Assembly: GCF_006345805.1 (NCBI RefSeq)
Contig: NC_043008.1
Location: 36,890,001 to 36,954,000, forward strand
Direction of reading: 5' to 3'
Source of the DNA: Octopus sinensis
Taxonomy: Eukaryota
DNA: 64,000 nt
Shown: positions 14,551-29,100 of the stretch, one piece after another
Position numbering within the stretch: position 1 is the first letter of the stretch
Layout: every line of letters starts with the position of its first letter
Made by a program: the position numbers and the translations under genes
The notes under the pieces: model-generated
Seen by the model: the letters and a program-made list of their open reading frames with translations, nothing else
The model's database searches: none
Told to the model about the DNA's origin: nothing

Positions 14551-15975
14551 TGACCCCGCAGTACCATCATCATAATCACCACCACCACCACCACACCACC
14601 ATAATTTAGTTTTCAGTAACAATGCTTAGTCCAAGTTGTTTCTTTTCCCAAGATTATTTCATTTCATTTCAGTTCAGTTCTTTGTTTATATCTACTTTCC
14701 TTGGTTAATACAAAGTTCGAATAGCAAATTTAAAAGAAAATAATAACATTCACAGCTATTTTGCTAAGGCACTTCACTTTCATTAAAAAATTTATCCTCC
14801 TGTCTATGATAAGTTTAGTATCATATCGACTGTAAGCCTTCCTTTTTCCATTCTCCCGTTGATGTGTTATTTGTCAATGTGGATTGACAGAGAAATAGAT
14901 TGATAAATAGAAAATACGAAAAAATGAATATTAAAATGTTATTTTTTTGTCAGTTGCAATATTATAAGATGTTTAAAATTCTCCTCTGTTTAACAGTTTC
15001 TGTCTCTCTCTCTCTTTCTTTCTACCTTTTACTTCCTCCTAACTTTTTAACCATATCAATCCCCTCTTTACATTGTTATCATTTCTCTCTTTCTCTTCTC
15101 TCACTTCTACTAACCATGTGACAACATAATGCATCAGCTGGCGAGAGTACCACTACTCTCTCTCTCTTTCTTTTCTTTTCACTCTCAATATAAATGATTC
15201 CCTCTCTTTCTATCTCTATCTGTCTTTCTTTAATATCCCAACCAGAACACCACCCCTCAACTAAACATTGTATTTCTAACTCTCTCAATATCTCTCCTTT
15301 CAACTAACTTTTTAACCAAGTAATAACTATTACTTTTCCCTACCTCATGTCATTAACACTTCTCTCTCCTTTTTCTCTCATTCTTTGCCTTTGCCTTCAA
15401 CTAATCATGTGACAACATAACAATTTTCAGCCTTAGTGTATTGATATATAGATGGTTTCCAATTTGTGCACAAAGCCAGCAAGTTCAGGGGATGGGGCTA
15501 GTCAATACCAGTGCTCAACTGGTACTTATTTTATCAACCCCAAAAAGATGAAAGGCAAAGTCAACCTCAGTAGAATTTGAACTCAGGACGTAAAGACAAA
15601 CGAAATACTGATAAGCATTTTACCTGACATGCTTATGAGTTTGCCAGCTCCCTGCCTTAGTAGTAGTAGTAATAATAATAATAATAATAATAATAATGAT
15701 AATAATAGTAATAATGATAATAATAATAATGAGAAGAAGAAGAAGAGGAAAATTCTTTGTAAATTTGGCAAAATGCCAGTGAATTTTGATGGGGTGGGGA
15801 AAGTTGGTTTCACTGACCCTTGTACTCAGCTGGTACCTATTTCATTGTCTCCAGAGGGATGAAAGACAGAGTTCACCTTCGTGGCATTGGAAGTCAGAAT
15901 GTAAAGATTTGGAAGAAATGCTACTAAGCATTTTTGTCCCAGGTGTTAATGATTCTGCTAGATTTTCTACCTTAC

Positions 15976-16031
<56 letters not shown>

Positions 16032-16847
16032 ACTGATCATCAGTAATCATAAGCTCTGTCTGAAACATTGAATGTTTTTTTTTATTTTTTGCTTATGTCA
16101 TAACCTGACCTGACATACCTGGTTTGTGGGAAGGTTTTAACAACATGCAAATATTCAGATTTACAAAGGTAGTGGTAGTTGTAGTAGTAGTAGCGGTGGT
16201 GATGGTGGTGAGGAGATAAAGAAAAAATTATTCACACCTATGATAGCTTGAAAAATGTGTAGAAATGTAAAAGTATGTAAAAAAAAAAAAAGAGAAAACC
16301 ACAAAATAAGTAGAAAGAAAACTGAATAAATCCTAGACGATTTTATTTTCTAGAATGAGTAAGAATATAAAAGGAGAAGAAAAAATACAATCAATACATT
16401 ACATAAAAAAATATAGAAATTATTGTTGGAAAGAGAATTATTTTTTTTGTCTGGATTTTCGTTTTTTTTTCTTTTTCAATTTTATTTGTATTGAATAGAA
16501 AAATATTTAGATTTGAATCTGTATTTTTATTGTTTTTTTTTTGTTGCCATAAAGTTTCATACTTAGGAAGAGAAATAACAAAAATGTAAAAGAAAATAAA
16601 TAGAAAAGAAGTAAAGAAAAATAGAAATTTCTTTTCTCGTAAAGTAATTAACTCTGTGAGTTCCATGGAGCTGGAAGGTTGTGGAAAATTAATGATGATA
16701 AAAGCATCTCTTTGGCATTTTTCCTTGGCTGCTGTCAGTCAATTTGGTATGGAATTGTGGCTTCCAAGGATTGGTGTATGGGAGAAACAAGAGCAAACAA
16801 CACTGGAGGAGAGGAAGGAGAAAGGGGAGAAGGAAAATTGAATGAAT

Positions 16848-16886
<39 letters not shown>

Positions 16887-17052
16887 TGAGAAGGAGGATG
16901 GAAGCAAATGAGAAATGAAGGCAATGATGAGAAGACAGTTAAGAAAGAGAGTTTAGTGAATGAGAAAGATGAGTTGGATAGAGAGATAGAGTGAGAGGGA
17001 GACAAGACAGAGAGATAGAGAGAGGAACGAGATAGGCTCTTGTAGAGATATA

Positions 17053-17087
<35 letters not shown>

Positions 17088-17493
17088 TAAGGAAGAAGGA
17101 AGAAAATCATCTGAGGGAAGAAATGAAAAAAATGGGTGGAAGAGAGAGACTGAAGGGTAGAGATTATTGAAAGAGAATAAAATACAGGGATGGTTGTAGA
17201 GGTGGTGTGGAGAAAGAGAGAGAGAGAGAGAGAGGGGGGAGAGAGAGAGAAAGAAAGAGAGAGAGTGTGTGTCTGTGTGTGTTTGAAGGAATCAGGAGGC
17301 AAAATAGAAGTGCAGGGGTAAGAAATAGAAGGAAAGGAAAGAAATAATGGGAAAAGAACAAAGGAGAATGAGTGAGAAAATGAAAGAGTCTTGGAGCAGG
17401 TGGAAGTATATAAAACAGAGAGAGGAGAGAGGTAGTTGGATTATACATGTTTCTGTATATATGTGTGTATATATATGTGTGTGTGTGTATATG

Positions 17494-17531
<38 letters not shown>

Positions 17532-18036
17532 TGTGCATGCATTTATGCATCAGAGTATTTGAGAGTGAAGATAAGATAGAGACAGTGTGTAATTGTAAAG
17601 AGGAGAAAGGTGCTGCATCTCAGATTACCTTCATTCTCTGATATTGTCATATAACAAATTTGATGTGTGTTTATAATCACTTATTTTCTGTTTTGATGTG
17701 TGAAAGCGTTGGAATATTGCCCATTGCATATTTAACTACCATTCTGGTCATGCCTTTGGATATACTGCATCTTTGCAAGTACTGGACAGCCACAAATGAA
17801 GCAGTCTTTTGTTATTGTTATTTAAAGAATAAGTATACTCCCCCAACACCTACGAAAACAAAAACACAGTGTAGCACACGCCTCAGGATCATGGAGCTGT
17901 ACCTAGTGATGCAGGAGAAATTTGTATGAAACTATTTAATAATAATAATAATCCTTTCTACTTTAGGCACAAGGCCTGAAATTTTGAAGCAAAATTCCAT
18001 TATGAACCTGATTTACATATGTGTGTTTATTTGTGT

Positions 18037-18071
<35 letters not shown>

Positions 18072-18111
18072 TCCATCCATCCATCCATCCATCCATCCAT
18101 CCATCCATCCA

Positions 18112-18160
<49 letters not shown>

Positions 18161-19229
18161 AATCTATCTATCTATCTAGCTAGCTAGCTGTCTCTCCATC
18201 TGTCTGTCTATCTATGTGTGTGTGTGTAATCTCAAAATATTCTTATTCAACGCATTTATATAAAACTGTCTCCAACGTGTCAATAGCACAAACATGATTT
18301 GTATTCATGTTATTCCACTTTTGCTTACACAATTGCAAGGTGATAACCTGTTGATTTCTGAAAGTTCCAGTAAATAATCAAGTTTCATATTTCTCTAGAA
18401 TTAGTCATTATCACATACCGTAAGCTAATTTCACGAAGAAAAGGCAATAAGTGAACATGGAACTTGCTAATTAAGGAAAAGTATGCATGTTAAAAGAGGG
18501 TACAGCATACCAAAAAAATGTATGGTTGAACAAATATATGTACAGTCAGTCAGAGTGTATGGTATTGTATAACAAACAAAAGTTTGGTTGCATACAATTG
18601 TCACATTTGGTGTCTTTCTGCATTTTATCAAGTGTGCTATGCTTGCACTTTTGGCTTTCATTATTGTCTTTCTTTACCTGACTTAATTGCCATTTTCTTG
18701 TTTTTTAATTTTTTCTGATGAATTGTTGTGCACTGGAGCACTGTATACACTAAGCTCATTGTTATTGTGTTTATAAGAGAAATAGCAAGAGAAAAAAGAA
18801 AGGAACCTAGAAAGAAAGAGGAAAACCCAGATGCACACTAGCAACACATTCTCATTGCTTGACTATGCATTTACAATAAAAAGTCAGTTAACATACCATC
18901 ATAAAAAATATCAAATAATGAAACTAGAAGAAAACATTAGTTGACAACACTTTTACCTTATACATTGGGTTGTCAGCTAAATTTATTCATATTTTTTGTC
19001 TTTTTGACGCCCCATTGTTGTATATCTGAAAAGAGGTAACATTTATTCAAATTTTAGAAACTATAAGCATAAGTTGTAGAGAAACAATAAAGCTACAAAA
19101 ACCCCATAAAAGACTATGATAAAATATTTTTCATGTTAACTCAGATAACATTGGAAAGGATTAAATTAAGTGAAAAGAAAAACAAAAAACGAGAGAGATA
19201 GAGAGAGAGAGAATTGAATTTATTTAACA

Positions 19230-19500
19230 ACTCAATAGAATTCCTCAAAGAAAAATGTGAAGACTATAGAAGCTTTATTAATAGCAAAATTTAAACCAAA
19301 AGTCAACACAATTTTAACAGGAAGTAATCAGTGAATAATTTATCGATGTAGCTTTGATGATGCTATCAGTTATAACAGTATTTTCATGATCCTTTGCAAA
19401 GTGCACAAACAACACAGAAATACTGCTATCTTTTAGATGATGAGACTGAGAATCTGCCTTTAAACAATTATAGACTTGGGAACATCCTTGCTTATATACA
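19230..19500 (+). mobile_element. Possible Penelope GIY-YIG C-terminal remnant
   Basis: IEALLIAKFKPKVN resembles the EAL.I....P.LN end of Penelope-like ORFs. Short and decayed. Confidence 0.35.
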
Positions 19501-19956
19501 GGAATATAAGTGAATTTGAAAAATCTGTAATAAAAACATTGAAACTGTATATGTGTGTATATTCATATATGTATGTCAAGCTAAGTAAAATCATGGCCAT
19601 CTATACATGCCCCACTCCTGTCTCTCTCTCTCTCACACACATACACAATCTGTCCTCTGTCAAAATTCCTTTAATGGTAATAGTAATCCTGTCAACTAAA
19701 GACACAAGGCCTGAAATTTTGGGGTGTTGGGTAGTTGAATATATCAATCCAGTACATAACTGATACTTATTTCATTAACCCCCAAAAGACACCATTGGTC
19801 CAGGACTTGGATGGTAAATGTTTTTATTTATCATTACCTTCAAAACTTTATCCCTAATAGTGGTTCAGAATTTAACTGTCCTTTCTAGCGTGTGAGGAAT
19901 CCTATGATGGCTACCTCTTATGTGTTTAAACATACACTGTATTTATATATATATAT

Positions 19957-20252
19957 CACCGTCACCGTGATCGACCAGGCTATCAGATGTTGTTACACAT
20001 TGCTGGTCACAATGTGCTTCACATTGTTTTAGCCTTCAAACGACGCCACCCCGCTGGCTAAGCGAGCAGGCCAAGAAGAAGAAAGAGTGAGAGAAAGTTG
20101 TGGCGAAAGAATACAGCAGGGATCACCACCAACCCCCTGCCGGAGCCTCGTGGAGCTTTGGGTGTTTTCGCTCAATAAACGCCCGGTCTGGGAATCGAAA
20201 GCACAATCCTACGACCGCGAGTCCGCTGCCCTAACCATTGGGCCATTGCGCC

Positions 20253-20254
<2 letters not shown>
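19957..20254 (-). mobile_element. tRNA-derived SINE (tRNA-Arg-like head)
   Basis: Head GAGGCGCAATGGCCCAATGGTTAGGGCAGCGGACTCGCGGTCGTAGGATT...TTCGATTCC with A- and B-box-like motifs and a TCG at the anticodon position. Resembles octopus OR-type SINEs. Confidence 0.85.
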
Positions 20255-20297
<43 letters not shown>

Positions 20298-21601
20298 GTA
20301 TGTATGCATGTATGTACATATGTACGTATGTATGTGCGTGTATGTTGTATGCATGTATCACTGTATGTGTTTTCTAATAAGAATAGAAAGGAAAAAAGGG
20401 AGAAATCAGTCATTTCCATAGTGCTGTAACTGTTTACAGTTACGAGCCTATATCATATGTCACATGTAGCGGTACCTACCTATGGCTAAGCAGAATGGGC
20501 CATTCAGAGTAAAATCAATCCCCTCGCGCCATCATCATTGCATAGAGCTACCTGTAACGTGATTTAACTTCTTGAATGCATCCACAATATTTTTCTTAAC
20601 CTGTATCTTTTTTCAAACTCAAACATTTTGTAGCTCTGTAATAAGGTCAGGCACCAGATTTATAATAATTGCACCTTAGACTAAACCATTTAAAACCATG
20701 AAATAAAAAATTTATGACAATTTACTCCCATGGTGGTGTTACTAGACAACTTTGCAATTAGCAAACTCAAAACCAATAGGAAGTACATTTTTTTACTTCC
20801 ATTATTTTTCTCTCCTCCCAATTTTTTTTTCTATCTTTCTTTTTTATTTTTAATTATTTATTTATTTGTTCTTTCAATTTTGATTAAATGAAAATTCTGA
20901 AGCAGCACAACTTCCTCCTCTATCCACAACCAAAACAAAAAAAAAAAAGAAAAAGTAAAAGACACACATGTACACAAACAGACACAAAAAAAATTTCCAC
21001 TAATTGATGTTAATTAATTACTTAATCAAAATACCACCTTTTATGTTGGTGTCGGTGATGGGAATTTGTGGTGTAATTAATAGAAAATAAGTTAGATAAT
21101 TGTGCTTACAATAACATTCTGACGCGTTCAGTTACACTTGAGCTGAGCTGAGACAGTGATAACAATAACAGCATAATCATAACAACTACTTAAGAAAGGA
21201 GAAGAACACCAAAACAAACAATATAAGATAAGGCAATAAGAAGAATGCCTTCATAAAGTCACAACACAAACAAAGACATAACAACAGTGAGCCCAGATAT
21301 CAATGTAAACAACCAGAACAAAGACAAACAAATAGCAAAGGGGACAACAAAAACACTCGAAGACACTACAGAAAAATCAGACTCAACAGACATGAATAAT
21401 AATAATAATAATAATGATAATGATGATGATGATGATGATGATGATGATAATAATAATGATAATATTAATAAATGTAATAATGATAATAATATTGGCCGTA
21501 GAAACATTGCCAAATCAGACTGGGCCTGGTGCAGCCTTCTGGCTTCCCAGACCCCAGTTGAACTGTCCAACCCATGCTAGCATGGAAAGCGGACGCTAAA
21601 C

Positions 21602-21649
<48 letters not shown>

Positions 21650-21688
21650 TAATGATGATGATAATAATAATGATAATATTAATAATAG

Positions 21689-21735
<47 letters not shown>

Positions 21736-22129
21736 GTAATGAGGATAATGATAATAATGGTAATAGTAATCCTATCAACTAAAGGCACAAGACCTGAAAT
21801 TTTGGGGTGTGGGGTAGTTGAGTATATCAATCCCAGTACATAACTGGTACTTATTTCATTGACCCCCAAAAGACAAAATGCAAAGTGGACCTTGGTGGAA
21901 TTTGAACTTATAATGTAAAAACAGATGAAGTTCCACTAAGCATTTTGCCTGGTGCAGTAATGATTCTGCCAGCTCAACACATTATTAATAAGAGTAATAA
22001 TAATAATAATAAGCAAATGCCCTAGACTTGCCAAAAACCACTACAAGTTGTGGCAACATAGTATATTATTATTACCTTCTCTCTCACACACACAAATGCA
22101 CACACACACAAATGCACACACACACAAAT

Positions 22130-22170
<41 letters not shown>

Positions 22171-22379
22171 GGGTACTGTGAATAACTTGTCATCTAAATT
22201 ACGCAAAAATGAAAATAACACTGACATCTCATTTCAACAGATATATTTACCAGAATTACATGAAAATATTTTGAAATACTAAAGAGTAAATTTATTCAAT
22301 AAAATCGCTGTTGGCTTCAACAACAGCTTCCAGATGAGTTTGGAATCTCATGCAACTCTTCTTGGGATGGGGTGGTGAA

Positions 22380-22870
22380 AAACGACCTTCAAATGTTGGG
22401 TCTCATGGAGGCGATGACAAGAGACTGAGACCTTTGGAGATATGCTGTGCTTGAGAAGACCCAGCAAGCCTAGGGACACCATAACCGTGGCCTATGCCAG
22501 TGCAGCATAACCGGCCCATTTAAGAGTACCCTTCAATCATTGGGCAATAAACTGCACTTGCAAAGACCTATTGAGTCAATTGAAGTCATTGTCATGGCAG
22601 TACTGCATCATTGGCACGTAAAAAGCACCATTCGGGCATGGTCGATGCCAGTACCGCCTGACTGGCCCTCGTGCTAGTAGCATGTAAAAAGCATCCACTA
22701 CACTCTCATAGTGGTTGTTGTTAGGAAGGGCTTCCAGCTGTAGAAACTTTGCCAGACCTGATTGGAGGCTGGTGCAACCTTCTGGTTTGCCAGCCCTCAG
22801 TCAAACCATTCAACCCATGTCAGCATGGAAAGCACACATTTAATGACAATGATGATGATGATGATGATAT
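22380..22870 (+). mobile_element. Retroposon family ending AGGAAGGGC.TCCAGCTGTAGAAAC...CCATGCCAGCATGGAAA + (GAT)n
   Basis: Related copies at 57360-57740, 52080-52320, 59080-59270, 21490-21650 and, reversed, 2500-2720 and 34070-34200. Confidence 0.75.
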
Positions 22871-22929
22871 ATATCTATATATACATGCATACATAAATAT
22901 GTATATGTATGCATGTAATATATATATAT

Positions 22930-22989
<60 letters not shown>

Positions 22990-23186
22990 GATGGATAGAT
23001 AGATAAATAGATAGATAGATATAGATATATGTATATATATATATATAATATATATATATATATATAAAATATTATTAGAGACAAAACCACTATTTTACTA
23101 TAAAATTGGATTTAATCCTAAATCTGATTTTTTCCCTGTAAATTTGGATTTATTCCCTAATATTTATTATATATATATATATATAT

Positions 23187-26100
23187 ATTAACAATTAAGG
23201 AACGGCCATAATAGGCCATTCACCCACTAGAAATAACAGCCAAAGCTTCTACCGCAAATAAAGATCAATTCCGTAAACAGGAGAAAATTAAAAAAACATT
23301 TACCCTGTAATTTCTTGTACGGTATACCGTTTCATCCGTTGTTTAATGGTAAACCAACCTAATTAAATTAAATCAAGTCAATCTTCCATAAGCCCTCGGA
23401 TTCATCAGCAAGAAATAGCTCTCGGGACAGATAATTACACGAGGCATATCCAATCTTGCCAAGTCAATATCTGACCTAAAATTTTCAAATCGTCGCACTC
23501 GCGCCAATTTATCGGCAGCAATAAATATCAGCCGTCGATTCCATTACGGAATTAACCAAAAAATTCATAATTAATCAATATAGGGTGGCAAGGAAAATTT
23601 TGTAGAATTTTTGCCACCAGCGGCCCAGCGGGAAAAAAAATTAAATAGTCATAGACCATTTTTAAGTTCAACATTAACAATTAAGGAACGGCCATAATAG
23701 GCCATTCACCCACTAGAAATAACAGCCAAAGCTTCTACCACGCAAATAAAGATCAATTCCGTAAACAGGAGAAAATTAAAAAACATTTACCCTGTAATTT
23801 CTTGTACGGTATAACCGTTTCATCCGTTGTTTAATAATGGTAAACCAACCTAATTAAATTAAATCAAGTCAATCTTCCATAAGCCCTCGGATTCATCAGC
23901 AAGAAATAGCTCTCGGGACAGATAATTACACGAGGCATATCCAATCTTGCCAAGTCAATATCTGACCTAAAATTTTCAATCGTCGCACTCGCGCCAAATT
24001 TATCGGCAGCAAATAAATATCAGCCGTCGATTCCATTACGGAATTAACCAAAAAATTCATAATTAATCAATATAGGGTGGCAAGGAAAATTTTGTAGAAT
24101 TTTATTGCCACCAGCGGCCCCGGGAAAAAAATTAAATAGTCATAGACCATTTTTAAGTTCAACATTAACAATTAAGGAACGGCCATAATAGGCCATTCAC
24201 CCACTAGAAATAACAGCCAAAGCTTCTACCGCAAATAAAGATCAATTCCGTAAACAGAGAAAATTAAAAAAACATTTACCCTGTAATTTCTTGTACGGTA
24301 TACCGTTTCATCATCCGTTGTTTAATGGTAAACCAACCTAATTAAATTAAATCAAGTCAATCTTCCATAAGCCCTCGGATTCATCAGCAAGAAATAGCTC
24401 TCGGGACAGATAATTACACAAGCATATCCAATCTTGCCAAGTCAATATCTGACCTAAAATTTTCAATCGTCGCACTCGCGCCAAATTTATCGGCAGCAAA
24501 TAAATATCAGCCGTCGATTCCATTACGGAATTACCAAAAAATTCATAATTAATCAATATAGGGTGGCAAGGAAAATTTTGTAGAATTTTATTGCCACCAG
24601 CGCCCAGCGGGAAAAAAATTAAATAGTCATAGACCATTTTTAAGTTCAACATTAACAATAAGGAACGGCCATAATAGGCCATTCACCCACTAGAAATAAC
24701 AGCCAAAGCTTCTACCGCAAATAAAGATCAATTCCGTAAACAGGAGAAAATTAAAAAAACATTTACCCTGTAATTTCTTGTACGGTATATACCGTTTCAT
24801 CATCCGTGTTTAATGGTAAACCAACCTAATTAAATTAAATCAAGTCAATCTTCCATAAGCCCTCGGATCATCAGCAAGAAATAGCTCTCGGGACAGATAT
24901 TACACGAGGCATATCCAATCTTGCCAAGTCAATATCTGACCTAAAATTTTCAAATCGTCGCACTCGCGCCAAATTTATCGGCAGCAAATAAATATCAGCC
25001 GTCGATTCCATTACGGAATTAACCAAAAAATTCATAATTAATCAATATAGGGTGGCAAGGAAAATTTTGTAGAATTTTATTGCCACCAGCGGCCCAGCGG
25101 GAAAAAAATTAATAGTCATAGACCATTTTTAAGTTCAACATTAACAATTAAGGAACGGCCATAATAGCCATTCACCACTAGAAATAACAGCCAAAGCTTC
25201 TACCGCAGCCAATAAAGATCAATTCCGTAAACAGGAGAAAATTTACCCTGTAATTTCTTGTACGGTATACCGTTTCATCCGTGTTTAATGGTAAACCAAC
25301 CTAATTAAATTAATCAAGTCAATCTTCTTCCATAAGCCCTCGGATTCATCAGCAAGAAATAGCTCTCGGAAGATAATTACACGAGGCATATCCAATCTTG
25401 CCAAGTCAATATCTGACCTAAAATTTTCAAATCGTCGCACTCGCGCCAAATTTATCGGCAGCAAATAAATATCAGCCGTCGATTCCATTACGGAATTAAC
25501 CAAAAAATTCATAATTAATCAATATAGGGTGGCCAAGGAAAATTTTGTAGAATTTTATTGCCACCAGCGGCCCAGCGGGAAAAAAATTAAATAGTCATAG
25601 ACCATTTTTAAGTTCAACATTAACAATTAAGGAACGGCCATAATAGGCCATTCACCCACTAGAATAACAGCCAAAGCTTCTACCGCAAATAAAGATCAAT
25701 TCCGTAAACAGGAGAAAATTAAAAAAACATTTACCCTGTAATTTCTTGTACGGTATACCTTTCATCCGTGTTTTTATGGTAAACAACCTAATTAAATTAA
25801 ATCAAGTCAATCTTCCATAAGCCCTCGGATTCAATCAGCAAGAAATAGCTCTCGGGACAGATAATTACACAGGCATATCCAATCTTGCCAAGTCAATATC
25901 TGACCTAAAATTTTCAAACTCGTCGCACTCGCGCCAAATTTATCGCAGCAAATAAATATCAGCCGTCGATTCCATTACGAATTAACCAAAAAATTCATAA
26001 TTAATCAATATAGGGTGGCAAGGAAAATTTTGTAGAATTTTATTGCCACCAGCGGCCCAGCGGGAAAAAAAATTAAATAGTCATAGACCATTTTAAGTTC

Positions 26101-29100
26101 AACATTAACAATTAAGGAACGGCCATAATAGGCATTCACCCACTAGAATAACAGCCAAAGCTTCTACCGCAATAAAGATCAATTCCGTAACAGGAGAAAA
26201 TTAAAAAAACTTTACCCTGTAATTTCTTGTACGGTTATACCGTTTCATCCGTTGTTTAATGGGAAACCAACCTAATTAAATTAAATCAAGTCAATCTTCC
26301 ATAAGCCCTCGGATTCATCAGCAGAAATAGCTCTCTGGGACAGATAATTACACGAGGCATATCCAATCTTGCCAAGTCAATATCTGACCTAAAATTTTCA
26401 AATCGTCGCACTCGCGCCAAATTTATCGGCAGCAAATAAATATCAGCCGTCGATTCCATTACGGAATTAACCAAAAAATTCATAATTAATCAATATAGGG
26501 TGGCAAGGAAAATTTTGTAGAATTTTATTGCCACCAGCGGCCCAGCGGGAAAAAATTAAATAGTCATAGACCATTTTTAAGTTCAACATTACAATTAAGG
26601 AACGGCCATAATAGGCCATTCACCCACTAGAAATAACAGCAAAGCTTCTAAAGCTTCTACCGCAAATAAAGATCAATTCCGTAAACAGGAGAAAATTAAA
26701 AAAACATTTACCCTGTAATTTCTTGTACGGTATACCGTTTCATCCGTTTTTTAATGGTAAACCAACCTAATTAAATTAAATCAAGTCAATCTTCCATAAG
26801 CCCCCTCGGATTCATCAGCAAGAAATAGCTCTCGGGACAGATAATTACACGAGGCATATCCAATCTTGCCAAGTCAATATCTGACCTAAAATTTTCAAAT
26901 CGTCGCACTCGCGCCAAATTATCGGCAGCAAATAATATCAGCCGTCGATTCCATTACGGAATTAACCAAAAAATTCATAATTAATCAATATAGGGTGGCA
27001 AGGAAAATTTTGTAGAATTTTATTGCCACCAGCGGCCCAGCGGGAAAAAAATTAAATAGTCATAGACCATTTTTAAGTTCAACATTAACAATTAAGGAAC
27101 GGCCATAATAGGCCATTCACCCACTAGAAATAACAGCCAAAGCTTCTACGCAAATAAAGATCAATTCCGTAAACAGGAGAAAATTAAAAAAACATTTACC
27201 CTGTAATTTCTTGTACGGTATATACCGTTTCATCCGTTGTTTAATGGTAAACCAACCTAATTAAATTAAATCAAGTCAATCTTCCATAAGCCCTCGGATT
27301 CATCAGCAAGAATAGCTCTCGGACAGATAATTACATGAGGCATATCCAATCTTGCCAAGTCAATATCTGACCTAAAATTTTCAAATCGTCGCACTCGCGC
27401 CAAATTTATCGGCAGCAAATAAATATCACAGCCGTCGATTCCATTACGGAATTAACCAAAAAATTCATAATTAATCAATATAGGGTGGCAAGGAAAATTT
27501 TGTAGAATTTTTTGCCACCAGCGGCCCAGCGGGAAAAAAATTAATAGTCATAGACCATTTTTAAGTTCAACATTAACAATTAAGGAACGGCCATAATAGG
27601 CCATTCACCCACTAGAAATAACAGCCAAAGCTTCTACCGCAAATAAAGATCAATTCCGTAAACAGGAGAAAATTAAAAAAACATTTACCCTGTAATTTCT
27701 TGTACGGTATACCGTTTCATCATCCGTTGTTTAATGGTAAACCAACCTAATTAAATTAAATCAAGTCAATCTTCCATAAGCCCTCGGATTCATCAGCAAG
27801 AAATAGCTCTCGGGACAGATAATTACACGAGGCATATCCAATCTTGCCAAGTCAATATCTGACCTAAAATTTTCAAATCGTCGCACTCGCGCCAAATTTA
27901 TCGGCAGCAAATAAATATCAGCCGTCGATTCCATTACGGAATTAACCAAAAAATTCATAATTAATCAATATAGGGTGGCAAGGAAAATTTTGTAGAATTT
28001 TATTGCCACCAGCGGCCCAGCGGAAAAAAAATTAAATAGTCATAGACCATTTTTAAGTTCAACATTAACAATTAAGGAACGGCCATAATAGGCCATTCAC
28101 CCACTAGAAATAACAGCCAAAGCTTCTACCTAACCGCAATAAGATCAATTCCGTAAACAGGAGAAAATTAAAAAAACATTTACCCTGTAATTTCTTGTAC
28201 GGTATACCGTTTCAGTCATCATCCTTGTTTAATGGTAAACCAACCTAATTAAATTAAATCAAGTCAATCTTCCATAAGCCCTCGGATTCATCAGCAAGAA
28301 ATAGCTCTCGGGACAGATAATTACACGAGGCATATCCAACTTGCCAAGTCAATATCTGACCTAAAATTTTCAAATCGTCGCACTCGCGCCAAATTTATCG
28401 GCAGCAAATAAATATCAGCCGTCGATTCCATTACGGAATTAACCAAAAAATTCATAATTAATCAATAGGGTGGCAAGGAAAATTTTGTAGAATTTTATTG
28501 CCACCAGCGGCCCAGCGGGAAAAAAATTAAATAGTCATAGACCATTTTTAAGTTCAACATTAACAATTAAGGAACGGCCATAATAGGCCATTCACCCACT
28601 AGAAATAACAGCCAAGCTTCTAAAGCCTACTTCTACCGCAAATAAAGATCAATTCCGTAACAGGAGAAAATTAAAAAAACATTTACCCTGTAATTTCTTG
28701 TACGTATACCGTATACCGTTTTCACATCCTTGTTAATGGTAAACCAACCTAATTAAATTAAATCAAGTCAATCTTCCATAAGCCCTCGGATTCATCAGCA
28801 AGAAATAGCTCTCGGGACAGATAATTACACGAGGCATATCCAATCTTGCCAAGTCAATATCTGACCTAAAATTTTCAAATCGTCGCACTCGCGCCAAATT
28901 TATCGGCAGCAAATAAATATCAGCCGTCGATTCCATTACGGAATTAACCAAAAAATTCATAATTAATCAATATAGGGTGGCAAGGAAAATTTTGTAGAAT
29001 TTTATTGCCACCAGCGGCCCAGCGGGAAAAAAATTAAATAGTCATAGACCATTTTTAAGTTCAACATTAACAATTAAGGAACGGCCATAATAGGCCATTC

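Noticed and set aside
19957-20254. Genuine tRNA-Arg gene
   Set aside because: It lacks a proper acceptor stem, continues into SINE body sequence and has diverged copies elsewhere in the window.
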